This document shows positions 31,703-43,041 of a stretch of DNA of 64,000 nucleotides, piece after piece. Below the pieces are notes generated by a model. The model was not told the DNA's origin, did not search any database, and saw only the letters and a list, made by a program, of their open reading frames with translations. Within the stretch, counting starts at the first letter, position 1, and every line of letters starts with the position of its first letter. A program made the position numbers and the translations under genes. The stretch comes from Trueperaceae bacterium (lineage in GTDB: Bacteria > Deinococcota > Deinococci > Deinococcales > Trueperaceae), in assembly GCA_034520945.1 (NCBI GenBank), contig JAXHNB010000006.1:864001-928000 (forward strand). Direction: 5' to 3'.

Positions 31703-33667
31703 GTGACGGATGACGGCACTCGGATCGCACTCGAGCTGCTCGAGTACAAGATGGACGACCTTCGGCGGCAGCGCCCCGTGCGGGGCGGCGTGGCGTCGGT
31801 GTGGGAACTTCACGCGCGCCTGAGCAGGCGGGTCGACGGCATGGATCCGGACGACAAGCAGCGCTTCCGGTCGTTGAGCCGGGAGTTGGAGGGGCGTCGC
31901 GGGGGGTCTGCACCGCCGGCCATGACGGGAAGCGAACGGTCCTTGGCGTTCGACGATCTGGTGCTCGACGAGAACCCGGTGCGAGGGGTCGGCGGGACGG
32001 CCCGTCAGGCGGAGGACACGCCCCTCGTCGACTTCGGAGAGGACGACGCGCCGCTGCTGGCGGGGCCGGAGCGCGCACCGCCAGCGAGTCCCGAGGACAA
32101 GCGAGAGCAGGAGGCGCTGCAGCGCCTGGCTGCGCGCGTGTTCGGGCGGGAGGTGTCCCGCTTCGCCGACGGGGTCGCGGCCGCATGGCGTGCCGAGCGC
32201 GAACGCGCCACGGCCCGCCTGATGTTCGCGACGCTGCGCAACTTCGAACGGCACCGGCAGTCCCCCGATTTCGCCCGGGACGCCAACCTGCGCCAGTTTC
32301 GCGTCACCGAGCCCATCCCCCAGCGAGGCGATCCGCTTCTCGACCTCACCAACGTGGACAGCCTCAGCGTCGTCGCCCGGGAACTGGTCGAAGCGATCCT
32401 GTACCTGCGCGACGGGAACCCCGCGCCCCAGATCGAGCGGCGGCAGTCGTTCGACTACATGCGCCGCTTGGCGCTCGAAGTGGCCAAGGACCCCTACGCC
32501 GGCAAGCGGTCGCCGGTCGACACGCCCGGTCCTTCGGCGTCCGACCTGCGGACCGCGCTCCGCGATTTGGGTCGGGAACGCCTGCCCGAATGGCAGCGTC
32601 AGGCACGGCGGCAGGAGCTGGAGCGTCGCATTCGCGAACGGCAGGAGCTGGAACGGGAACAGCGCACCATGCTTCGCCGGGACACCATGCGCTTCACCGA
32701 GTTGGCGGAGGCGTTCTTCGTCCGGCTGGCGCGGTTGCTGCCCAGGTCGGTCGGCGGCGACGCCGAGGAGCCTCAGCTGACGGGTGGCGTGCTGTTCGCT
32801 GTCTCCGACGCGCTTCGCCGCAAGGAGATTCCCGCCGACGCCCGCACCCTGACGCTGCGCTTGGCCGGACCTGTGCGCCTGGCGTTCCTGGGCCGGACGT
32901 TGGCGGTGACGGTCGAAGGTCGCGATCGGCACCTGTTCCTGGAGGATCGCGAGGTGCCGTTGGACGGCGACCGCGTCACGTCGATGAACGGCTACGAGCT
33001 CGAGACGTTCGTCGAGGGCGACTACGTGCACGTGCGCGCACGGGACACGGGGGGGTCGTTGGTGGCGCGCGTGGCGGAGGCGGCGACCGCCCTGTTCGTG
33101 TTGACGTCGCCCCAGGCGGAGATGCGGCTGGCGGCGCTGCGGTTGCTGGCGCCGGGCGCCGCGGCGGAACCGGTCGGGGTGGTCGCGGAGGCGGTGCGAC
33201 GTGCCGGTCAGATCGTGGTCAAGGCGCCCGACCGTCACCAGGCGATGGAGCGCTTGGTGGCCGGTTCGGTGCGGGCGGTCGGGGGCGAGGCCGAGCTCGG
33301 ATGGCTCCAGGGGTTCGTGCAGCGCGCCATGCTGGCGTTGGCAGCGCGGCCCGAGCAGCTCCCCGAAGCACTTGCCATGCTGATCTCCCAGGATCCCGCT
33401 GCGGAGGAGCCGACGGTCGCGCCCTTTTCCGGCGAGCCGGTCGACGTCACCGTCGGGGGGCGCACCGTCACGGTGCGAACGTTCGGCGCCAAGGGCGGTG
33501 ACCATCTGGTGGCGATGCTTCCCGGCCAAGTGATCGGCTCGTTCCGTGAGCACCTGGTGGAGCAGATGGGGGCAGGCACCATCGCCTGCGTGTTCGGCGA
33601 GCAGCAGCTCGTGGCGGCGTACCTGCCCGGCACCCGCGTTCGCGCGGCCCACGACGCCTCGGCCTGA
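31703..33667 (+). CDS. Large hypothetical protein with central coiled coil
   Basis: Long ORF with protein-like composition, TATACT -10 box 8 nt before GTG, coiled-coil RQELERRIRERQELERE; no family recognised. Confidence 0.75.
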   Translation: MTDDGTRIALELLEYKMDDLRRQRPVRGGVASVWELHARLSRRVDGMDPDDKQRFRSLSRELEGRRGGSAPPAMTGSERSLAFDDLVLDENPVRGVGGTARQAEDTPLVDFGEDDAPLLAGPERAPPASPEDKREQEALQRLAARVFGREVSRFADGVAAAWRAERERATARLMFATLRNFERHRQSPDFARDANLRQFRVTEPIPQRGDPLLDLTNVDSLSVVARELVEAILYLRDGNPAPQIERRQSFDYMRRLALEVAKDPYAGKRSPVDTPGPSASDLRTALRDLGRERLPEWQRQARRQELERRIRERQELEREQRTMLRRDTMRFTELAEAFFVRLARLLPRSVGGDAEEPQLTGGVLFAVSDALRRKEIPADARTLTLRLAGPVRLAFLGRTLAVTVEGRDRHLFLEDREVPLDGDRVTSMNGYELETFVEGDYVHVRARDTGGSLVARVAEAATALFVLTSPQAEMRLAALRLLAPGAAAEPVGVVAEAVRRAGQIVVKAPDRHQAMERLVAGSVRAVGGEAELGWLQGFVQRAMLALAARPEQLPEALAMLISQDPAAEEPTVAPFSGEPVDVTVGGRTVTVRTFGAKGGDHLVAMLPGQVIGSFREHLVEQMGAGTIACVFGEQQLVAAYLPGTRVRAAHDASA

Positions 33668-33733
33668 TTCCATGCCGTCCTGACGCCACGCGCTCGCTCG
33701 GCGCCGTGTCAGGCTACGGGCCAGGAGGTGCGC

Positions 33734-34018
33734 ATGTCTGAACCGCTGTCCCAAGACCGCATCGAACGAGCCCTTCAGGAGTTGCCGTCCTGGTCCCTTC
33801 ACGATGGCAAGCTGCGACGCGAGCTGCGTTTCGACGGGTTTCCCGCCGCACTGTCGTTCCTGGTGCGGGTCGGACTCCTGGCCGAATCACGAGGGCACCA
33901 CCCCGAGATCTACAACGCCTACGCCAAGGTGACGCTGGAACTCGTCACCCACGACGCGGGCGGCATCACCGAGAAGGACCTGTCGTTCGCGCGGGAGGTC
34001 GAGGCGTTCACGCCCTGA
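33734..34018 (+). CDS. Pterin-4-alpha-carbinolamine dehydratase
   Basis: L..W...L.R...F..F, HHPE, THDAGGITEKD; SD AGGAGG. Confidence 0.92.
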   Translation: MSEPLSQDRIERALQELPSWSLHDGKLRRELRFDGFPAALSFLVRVGLLAESRGHHPEIYNAYAKVTLELVTHDAGGITEKDLSFAREVEAFTP

Positions 34019-34037
34019 GCGTCGTCCGAACCGCCGT

Positions 34038-35431
<1,394 letters not shown>

Positions 35432-35435
<4 letters not shown>

Positions 35436-36319
35436 GGCCCTCCTCCGTTCTCCTCGGCATCGTCCTCGGGCGGGTTCGGTGGGTCTTCCGACTCGCCGCC
35501 GTCGTCACCGTCGTCCGAACCGTTCTCGTCCGAACCGTTCTCGTCGTCGCCGTTCCCGTCGGCCTCGTCGGCGTCGTCGGGCCTCGCGTCCTGGCCCGGA
35601 CGTGTCCCTTCGAAGCGGCTCAGGTAGTGGTGACGCCCGGCGTACAGCACCTCGGCGCGCACCTCCATCCCCAGCCGCACCGCTTCGTCGATCTCCAACG
35701 CGACCGTGGCCAAGGTCGCGCTGCCGTTCAGGGGCTCGCCCAACGCGGCGAGGTCCATCGCCAGGCCGTCCTCGCGGGCCTCGGAGAACACGGTGACATT
35801 ATCGCGCGCGGCGCGGACGCCCTCCTCGGCCAAGCGGACGCCCTTCAGCTCCCACGACAGGCGTACGCGCGCGGCCCGGAGGTCGCGGGCGTCTTCGACG
35901 CGGACCCGCAGGGTGACCGTGTCGCGCACTTCGGTGTCGGGAAGGTCCAGCGTCAGCCGGGGCACCGGTACGTCGCGGACGGTGAGCGTGAACTCCTGGA
36001 ACGTCGAGGCGAGGTTGGCGTCGGATACCGCGACGGTGAACTCGAAGCGCCCCTCGGACGTCGGGGTGCCCAGCAGCGTTCCGCCCTGCAGGGCCAGCCC
36101 GGGGGGGAGCGTGCCGTCCTCCAGCCGGTAGGTGTGCGGGCGCAGCCCCCCGGTGGCCACGACGTCCCGTTGATAGCGCTCGTTGATGACGCCGTCCGGC
36201 AGGGACCGGGTGGCGAATCGCAGGGCCTCGCCGGGAAGCGGCGCTTCGTCCGAGCAGGCCACCAGTATGACGGCGAGGACCACCGCCAGCACGCGCCTTC
36301 GCGGTCGGCGCCATGGCAC
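35432..36319 (-). CDS. Lipoprotein with putative Ig (He_PIG-like) domain and cohesin-like domain; start uncertain
   Basis: RRPRRR-hydrophobic-LVAC lipobox; LPDG..Y...ATGG..P...G.LPPGL.L..G...GTPT..G.F.FTV.VSDA; VTLRVRVEDARDLRAARVRLSWE...LNGSATLATV; acidic tail; stop overlaps next ATG. Confidence 0.7.
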
Positions 36320-36541
36320 GACGCGCGCCGTGCGGGTGGGTCGGGGACGGTCGTGGGGTCTCAACGGGCCTCCAGGCGGACGGTCGGCATCGGGATCGAT
36401 GAGGCAGAGTGTACCGGAGCGTCGCCGGCCTGCATGGTACCGTTCCAGCACGTCGCCCACGCCCACCCAGGCGGACCCGCCATTTCGTGCGGCGGTTCCG
36501 CTTCGGGGTTCTGGTACGCACTCGCATGAGCAGGAGCGAAG

Positions 36542-39500
36542 ATGACCCGCTATCCGCTGCCCCCAGGCGTTCGGCTCCGGCGCGCGTTCCACGTGCGCGG
36601 CGATGCGCGCCGCAGGTACGGCCTGCAGGGAGAGGTCGTCGACCTTCGCGGCCGTGTGTTGGTCGCCGATCCGGCCGCGTCGGAACGGGTGGCGGCCCGC
36701 GTGAACGAGGTGCGCGAGGCGCGACGCTTTCCCGAGTCGGGCGTGTCGGGCGCCGAGGTGTTCGCGGCCGGCCTGCTGGACGAGGCGGTGCACCTGATGC
36801 TGGACGCCTACCGCCGTGAGCGCGACCCTGCCTGGTTGGCGTCGGTGGAGTCGCGCCTGGTGGACGCGCTCGGGCAGGAGCGCCTGGACCGTGCGCGCCT
36901 GTCGTTCGTGGAGGCGTTCCCGACCGCGGAGGTGGCGGCGGGGGAGGTCGGCCCGGAGGCGTGGTTGTCCGGGACCCAGGAGGACGTCCCCAACCGGTTG
37001 GTGGCGCTCGAAGAGCGGCTCGCGGTACGCCTCGCCAACGAGAACCCCGCCCTGGAACGACTGCGGGATCTGATCGACGATGGGGACGTTTCGGACGACG
37101 ACGCTGCCTGCGCCGCGTCGCTCGAGGAGGCCGTGCAGGGATTGCCCGGCCCGGGGGGCGACGAGGCCACCGGCGAGGACCTGTTGTCGGTGCTGCGGGC
37201 GCCGATGCAAACCAGCCCCACCTCGCTGGAAGGGCAGCTGGGGTACGTACGGGATCACTGGGGCCGCTGGCTCGGCGTGGCGTTCGAAGGGTTGCTGAGG
37301 CGCATCACGCAGGGCGAGGACCTGCTGGCGGAGCGACGCGAACGGGGGACGCCCGGGCCGCCCGGTCCGGCGCCGGTGTTCCGGTCGGAGGAGATCGACG
37401 AGGCACCGGTGGCGTTCAGCCCCGACGCCGACTGGATGGGCACGCTGGTGCTGGTGGCCAAGAACGCCTACGTCTGGTTGGACCAGTTGTCGCGCCGGAC
37501 GGGGCGGGACATCGGGCGTCTGGACGAGGTGCCGGACGAGGCGTTGGCGGAGCTCGCGCGTCGCGGCTTCAGCGGGCTGTGGCTGATCGGCCTGTGGCAG
37601 CGGAGCGAGGCGTCCGCACGCATCAAGCGGCGCCGGGGGCAGGCGGACGCCGTCGCCAGCGCGTACGCATTGTACGACTATCGCGTGTCGGACGATCTCG
37701 GCGGTGAGGAGGCGTGGCGGGCGCTGCGCGATGCCGCGCAGCGGCACGGCATTCGCTTGGCGGCCGACATGGTGCCGAATCACGTCGGGGTGGACGCGCG
37801 CTGGGTGGCGGAGCACCCCGAGTGGTTCCTGAGCCTGCCGGAGCCGCCCTATCCGGGCTACCGCTTCACCGGCCCGGACCTGTCCGATGATCCTCGGATG
37901 GAGGTCCGGATCGAGGACGGGTATTGGGACGGCAGTGACGCGGCGGTGGTGTTCGAGCGCGCGGACACCGCCAGTGGTCAGCGCCGTTACGTCTATCACG
38001 GCAACGACGGCACCTCGATGCCGTGGAACGACACCGCGCAGCTGGACTACCTGAAGCCCGAGGTGCGCGAGGCGGTGACGCAGACCGTCCTCGAGGTCGC
38101 GCGCCGGTTCCCGATCATCCGGTTCGATGCGGCGATGACGCTGGCGAAGCGGCACGTGCGCCGCTTGTGGTACCCGCCGCCTGGCGGCGGGGGCGCGATC
38201 CCCTCGCGGAGCGCGTACGGCGCGATGGACGACGAGGCCTTCGAGCGCAGCATGCCGCGCGAGTTCTGGCGCGAGGTCGTGGACCGTGTCGCGGCCGAGG
38301 CGCCGGACACGCTGCTGTTGGCCGAGGCGTTCTGGATGATGGAGGGGTACTTCGTCCGCTCGCTGGGCATGCACCGCGTGTACAACAGCGCGTTCATGAA
38401 CATGTTGGCGCGCGAGGCGAACGAGTCGTACCAGACGCACCTCCGTAAGGTGTTGACGTTCGATCCGCAGATCCTGGGCCGCTTCGTCAACTTCATGAAC
38501 AACCCGGACGAGGAAACCGCCGTCGAACAGTTCGGGGACGGCGACAAGGCGTTCGGGGTGACGGCGTTGATGGCGACCCTGCCGGGCCTGCCGATGTTCG
38601 GGCACGGCCAGGTCGAGGGTCTGCGCGAGAAGTACGGCATGGAGTACCGCCGCGCGAAGCTCGACGAATCGCCGCGCGAGGAGATGGTGGCGCGTCACCT
38701 GCGCGAGATCGCGCCGCTGTTGGCGCGCCGCGAGGCGTTCGCGGGCACGACCCACTTCCGCCTGTTCGAGGTGGAGGGCGCGCACGGGCCGCTGCCCGAC
38801 GTGTTCGCGTACGCGAACCGCGCGCCCGGTGGCCCGGCGCACCTGGTGCTCTACCACAACCGGTACGCGGAGGCGCGCGGCCGGGTACGGCGCAGCGTGC
38901 CGTTCGTCCGGCCGGGCGGTCAGGAGGAGGTGACCGAGACCCTCGGCGAGGCGCTCGGCCTCCAGGGCGGTCCGGACCGCTTCGTTCGGTATCGCGCGCA
39001 CCCGACCGGGCGCGAGCACCTCGCCCGGGCCGACCATTGGCTGCACGACGGTATGGAGGTCGCGCTGGACGCGTATCAGCACCGTGTGTTGCTGGACGTG
39101 CAGGAGGTGCGCGACACGGACGGGCGGTGGGCTCGCCTGTGGGATCGGATCGGGGATCGTGGCGTGCCGAGCCTGGAGGAGGCGCTGCGCGACATGGAGT
39201 TGGCCCCCGTGCACCGGGCATTCCTGGCTTGGGTACGGCAGGACGAGGCGTTCTCGGCCGAGGTGGGGCGTGCGGTGGCGGACCGTGCGGACGCCGTCCC
39301 GCCGGCGGCCTTGGACGCGGCGGAGGCGTTCGCGCGAGCCCTGGCCCAGCGCGAGGATCCGCCCGCCTTCTCGGCCGCAGCGGCGTTTCGCTCCTCGGCG
39401 CGGGTCGGTCGTGGCGACGCGCCGCCCGGAAGCGCGTGGCGACGGGCGTGGGCGATCGCGTCGGGCTTCGAGGCGCCGCGGGCGGCGGTCCGGGCACTGC

Positions 39501-39925
39501 GTCTGGACCGCGTGCTGCGCGACGAGTTGGCGACGGCGACGTGGGTGGGGCCGCAGGCGTGGGCCACCCTGTGGCTGCGGACGCTTCCTGGGGCCGGGCG
39601 CGCCGCGGCGGTGGCGCCGCGGCGACTCGATCGCACCGAGGTCGCAGCGGCGTTGCGTGCGTTGGGCGAGGATCGGTCGTTGCAGGAGGTGCTGGGCGTG
39701 CACGAGTACGGGGGGACGCGTTGGTTCCGGCGTGAAGGCTATCGCGCGTGGGCCGCGGCGTGGCTCTCGGCGCGGGCGCTGGAAGGGGCGACCACGCCGC
39801 GGATCGTCGCCTGGGCCGACGCATTGGTGGAGGCGGAGACGCAGAGCGCCTACCGCTTCGACGCGTTGCTGGCGCCCGCGTCGTTCGAGACCGAGCGAAG
39901 GGACCCGGACGGCAGCGGGGTGTGA
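36542..39925 (+). CDS. Large GH13 alpha-amylase-family protein (no signal peptide)
   Basis: WLIGLW, SAYALYDY, DMVPNH, IRFDAAM (nucleophile), LAEAFW (acid/base), NNPDE; SD AGGAG. Confidence 0.85.
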   Translation: MTRYPLPPGVRLRRAFHVRGDARRRYGLQGEVVDLRGRVLVADPAASERVAARVNEVREARRFPESGVSGAEVFAAGLLDEAVHLMLDAYRRERDPAWLASVESRLVDALGQERLDRARLSFVEAFPTAEVAAGEVGPEAWLSGTQEDVPNRLVALEERLAVRLANENPALERLRDLIDDGDVSDDDAACAASLEEAVQGLPGPGGDEATGEDLLSVLRAPMQTSPTSLEGQLGYVRDHWGRWLGVAFEGLLRRITQGEDLLAERRERGTPGPPGPAPVFRSEEIDEAPVAFSPDADWMGTLVLVAKNAYVWLDQLSRRTGRDIGRLDEVPDEALAELARRGFSGLWLIGLWQRSEASARIKRRRGQADAVASAYALYDYRVSDDLGGEEAWRALRDAAQRHGIRLAADMVPNHVGVDARWVAEHPEWFLSLPEPPYPGYRFTGPDLSDDPRMEVRIEDGYWDGSDAAVVFERADTASGQRRYVYHGNDGTSMPWNDTAQLDYLKPEVREAVTQTVLEVARRFPIIRFDAAMTLAKRHVRRLWYPPPGGGGAIPSRSAYGAMDDEAFERSMPREFWREVVDRVAAEAPDTLLLAEAFWMMEGYFVRSLGMHRVYNSAFMNMLAREANESYQTHLRKVLTFDPQILGRFVNFMNNPDEETAVEQFGDGDKAFGVTALMATLPGLPMFGHGQVEGLREKYGMEYRRAKLDESPREEMVARHLREIAPLLARREAFAGTTHFRLFEVEGAHGPLPDVFAYANRAPGGPAHLVLYHNRYAEARGRVRRSVPFVRPGGQEEVTETLGEALGLQGGPDRFVRYRAHPTGREHLARADHWLHDGMEVALDAYQHRVLLDVQEVRDTDGRWARLWDRIGDRGVPSLEEALRDMELAPVHRAFLAWVRQDEAFSAEVGRAVADRADAVPPAALDAAEAFARALAQREDPPAFSAAAAFRSSARVGRGDAPPGSAWRRAWAIASGFEAPRAAVRALRLDRVLRDELATATWVGPQAWATLWLRTLPGAGRAAAVAPRRLDRTEVAAALRALGEDRSLQEVLGVHEYGGTRWFRREGYRAWAAAWLSARALEGATTPRIVAWADALVEAETQSAYRFDALLAPASFETERRDPDGSGV

Positions 39926-39982
39926 ACGCGTGCGCCCCGCAGCGTCGGCGGGGCGCACGAAGGCAGGTGCTGGATTCGGGGC

Positions 39983-41320
39983 TCAGTACGTGCTGAGGTA
40001 GGCGTCCAACTCCCAGCGGTGCACCTCGATGCGGTACTCCTCGAACTCCGCGTTCTTGGCGGCCAGGAAGTGCTGCGCGATGTGCTCGCCGAGGGCGTCG
40101 CGCATCTGCTTGTCTTTGTCCAGCGCGACGAGCGCTTCGCGCAGGGTGGGCGGCAGCTCCTTGATCTTGTGACGCCGGCGGTCCCGCACGCTCATGTCGA
40201 AGATGTTGCGTTGGATGTGGGGGGGCGGCGGCAGCTTCCGCTCGATGCCGTCGCGGCCGGCGGCCGCCATCACGGCGAGCGCCAGGTACGGATTGCAGGT
40301 GGGATCGGGCATGCGCAGCTCGGAGCGCGTCGACATGCCACGCCGCGCCGGGATGCGGACCATGGCGCTGCGGTTGGCGGCCGACCAGGCGATGTTGGTG
40401 GGCGCCTCGTAGCCGGGCGTGAGCCGCTTGTAGCTGTTCACGGTGGGGTTGGTGATGGCCACCATGCCGGCGGCGTGCGTCAACAGGCCTGCGATCCAGG
40501 CGAGCGCCGTGCTGCTGAGCTGCAGGTCCGCCTTCGGGTCGTAGAAGGCGTTCTTGCCGTTCTTGAACAGCGACAGGTGCGTGTGCATCCCCGATCCGTT
40601 GATGCCCGCCACCGGCTTGGGCATGAAGGTGGCGTGGAGGCCGTGGTTGAGGGCGATCTTCTTGACCACGTAGCGGAAGGTCGCGATGTTGTCCGCCGTC
40701 TGCAGGGCGCCGGCGTACTTGAAGTCGATCTCGTGCTGACCGGGGGCGACCTCGTGGTGGGCGGCCTCGATCTCGAAACCCATCTCGACCAGCGCGTTGA
40801 CCATGTCGCGGCGCGCCTCCTCGCCGCGGTCCAGCGGTGCGAGGTCGAAGTACCCCGCCGCGTCGTGCGTGGCGGTGGTGGGGGCGCCGTGTTCGTCCCT
40901 GGTGAACAGGAAGAACTCCGGCTCGGGCCCGGCGGACATGTCGTCGAAGCCGGCCGTGCGGAGGGCGTCGATCTGGCGCCGCAGGGCGTAGCGCGGGTCG
41001 CCCTCGAAGGGGGTGCCGTCCGGCAACGCGACGTCGCAGATCAGGCGCGCCACCTTGCCGCGCCCTGTCCCCTCCACGATCTCGGGAAGGATCACGAAGG
41101 TGTCGTAGTCCGGCTTCAGGAGCATGTCCGACTCTTCGATCCGGGAGAACCCCTGGATCGACGAGCCGTCGAACATCAATTCGCCGTCGAGCGCCTTCTC
41201 GAACTGCGAGGTCGGAACCTCGACGTTCTTGTTGTGGCCGAGGATGTCGGTGAACTGCAGACGTAGGAAGCTGACGTTTTCCTGGTCGAGGCTCCGCTTG
41301 ATTTCGTGGCGGGTGGTCAT
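39983..41320 (-). CDS. glnA: Glutamine synthetase type I
   Basis: [57 protein letters not shown] lacks the adenylylated Tyr. Confidence 0.96.
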   Translation of the reverse strand: MTTRHEIKRSLDQENVSFLRLQFTDILGHNKNVEVPTSQFEKALDGELMFDGSSIQGFSRIEESDMLLKPDYDTFVILPEIVEGTGRGKVARLICDVALPDGTPFEGDPRYALRRQIDALRTAGFDDMSAGPEPEFFLFTRDEHGAPTTATHDAAGYFDLAPLDRGEEARRDMVNALVEMGFEIEAAHHEVAPGQHEIDFKYAGALQTADNIATFRYVVKKIALNHGLHATFMPKPVAGINGSGMHTHLSLFKNGKNAFYDPKADLQLSSTALAWIAGLLTHAAGMVAITNPTVNSYKRLTPGYEAPTNIAWSAANRSAMVRIPARRGMSTRSELRMPDPTCNPYLALAVMAAAGRDGIERKLPPPPHIQRNIFDMSVRDRRRHKIKELPPTLREALVALDKDKQMRDALGEHIAQHFLAAKNAEFEEYRIEVHRWELDAYLSTY

Positions 41321-41389
41321 GGTCGGCCCTCCGGTTCGCGCGGGATTGGGGCGCGGCCTCCCGCTGGGAAAGGTCGCGGCCGCTGCACG

Positions 41390-41418
41390 ATGATACGTGC
41401 GCAGTGTGCAATATGCAA
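41390..41418 (-). promoter_or_regulatory. Putative sigma70-type glnA promoter (TTGCAT-17-TATCAT)
   Basis: Hexamers at 41418-41413 and 41395-41390 in a relatively AT-rich intergenic patch. Confidence 0.65.
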
Positions 41419-41593
41419 GCCCACATCTGCACGAATAGAGGCGTCGTTGGCTAGGAAATGGCTGTTGAACCTGCGTATCGTGCACGATGAACGTGCCAGG
41501 CGTGCGGAGTTTCGTTCTTCCAAGAACGGCCCAAACCGGTGGCGGCCCGACCGTCCGGCCGGGCCGCCACCGCGTGCGGTGCCCATGTCGCCC

Positions 41594-42967
41594 TCAGTCG
41601 TCGGCGCGTGCGCGCTGCAACATCTCGTCGACGTTCACGACCTTGACGCGCGGGCGTCCGGCCGGTTCGCCGGCGCGGGTCTCCCAGCGATCCAGGGCCA
41701 ACCAACCGTCGAAGTCGACCGCCTCCACGCCACGCGAAGCGAGGAGCGAGGGGATGGCCTCGTCGGAGACGTCTTCCGGCGCGAGGGGCGGATCGGCCAG
41801 CAGCGCGCGGACGGTCTCCATGGCGTCGGCCTTGTTCGTTCCGATCACGCCGGTCGGACCACGCTTGATCCATCCGGCGACGTACGTTCCCGGCACCGCC
41901 TGCCCGTTTTCGTCCAACACCCGGCCGGCGTCGTTCGGCACCACGCCGCGGCGCGCGTCGAACGGCAGGTCCGGCAGCGCCTCGCCGCGGTATCCGACCG
42001 AGCGCAGGACCCACGACGCGGGGAGCGTCTCGCGCGCCCCGGTGTCGACGGCGGCGAGGTACCCGCCCTCGCGTTCCTCCAGCCGGTTGCGCGCCAACAC
42101 CACCTCGCGCACGCGGCCGTTCTGGCCACGAAGCTCCACGGGCGAGACGAAGAAGTGGAGGTGAAGCCGGCGGGGCCGCCCCTCGGGTTCATGGGTCGCG
42201 AAGTCGCGCAGCACCGACATGTTCTTCTTGGTGGGCGCGTCCTCCTCGACCTGGGCGGCGGAGGCCGCGTCCAGCTCGAGCTCGGCCGGGTCGACCACCA
42301 CGTCGGCGTTCGGGATCTGGCCGAGTTCTCGAAGCTCCTTGGTGGTCCACTTCGCCTGGGCTGGGCCGCGCCGCCCCAACATGTGGATGTCCTCCACCTT
42401 GCTTTCGGCCAGCGCCTCTAGCGCGTGATCGGCGATGTCGGTGCTGCGTAGCGCGTCCACGCTCTTCGCCAGGATCCGGGCGACGTCGACGGCGACGTTC
42501 CCGACACCCACCACGGCGACCGAACGGGCGCGAAGCGGCGGCTCGAGGTCGACGTAGTCGGGGTGCCCGTTGTACCAGGCGACGAACTCCGTGGCGGACA
42601 TGCTCCCCTCGAGCTCTTCGCCGTCGACCCCGAGCGAGCGGTCGCTGTTCGCGCCGACGGCGAGGATGACGGCGTGCGCGTGCTTGCGAAGATCGCTGAG
42701 CGTGATGTCCTCGCCGAACGCGACGTTGCCGAAGTAGCGGACGCGCGGATCTCGGCAGGTCCGTTCGAACGTCTTGGTGACGCTCTTGATGCGGTGGTGG
42801 TCCGGAGCCACGCCGTAGCGCACCAGTCCGTAGGGGGTGGGAAGGCGATCGAAGACATCGACACGCACGTCCTCACGCGTCTTGAGCAGGGCGTCGGCGG
42901 CGAACAGGCCCGAGGGGCCCGCCCCGACGATCGCTACGCACAGGGGAGAAGGGTCGACACGGTCCAT
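41594..42967 (-). CDS. Ferredoxin--NADP+ reductase (FprA/adrenodoxin-reductase type)
   Basis: GAGPSG, PYGLVRYGVAPDH, FVAWYNGHP, GVGNVAVDVAR, GRRGP, GWIKRGPTGVIGTN. Confidence 0.92.
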   Translation of the reverse strand: MDRVDPSPLCVAIVGAGPSGLFAADALLKTREDVRVDVFDRLPTPYGLVRYGVAPDHHRIKSVTKTFERTCRDPRVRYFGNVAFGEDITLSDLRKHAHAVILAVGANSDRSLGVDGEELEGSMSATEFVAWYNGHPDYVDLEPPLRARSVAVVGVGNVAVDVARILAKSVDALRSTDIADHALEALAESKVEDIHMLGRRGPAQAKWTTKELRELGQIPNADVVVDPAELELDAASAAQVEEDAPTKKNMSVLRDFATHEPEGRPRRLHLHFFVSPVELRGQNGRVREVVLARNRLEEREGGYLAAVDTGARETLPASWVLRSVGYRGEALPDLPFDARRGVVPNDAGRVLDENGQAVPGTYVAGWIKRGPTGVIGTNKADAMETVRALLADPPLAPEDVSDEAIPSLLASRGVEAVDFDGWLALDRWETRAGEPAGRPRVKVVNVDEMLQRARADD

Positions 42968-43041
42968 GCGTTCATTGTTTCACGTGCCGGGGCGGGTCGC
43001 CCGGGACCAATGCCACCCCGCCTGGGGTATCCTCGCCCCTC

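Noticed and set aside
36398..36413. Non-canonical ATC start 7 nt after TACACT for the lipoprotein
   Set aside because: In frame, but it adds an atypical long N-region; a TSS with a leader to GTG 36319 explains it equally well
36420..39958. 1508-aa minus-strand ORF as one giant protein
   Set aside because: The N-terminal ~1200 aa is the antisense shadow of the GH13 gene; only the lipoprotein part (about 35432-36319) looks like real protein
41478..41500. Sigma54 promoter (TGGCACG) upstream of glnA
   Set aside because: GG-to-GC spacing does not match -24/-12
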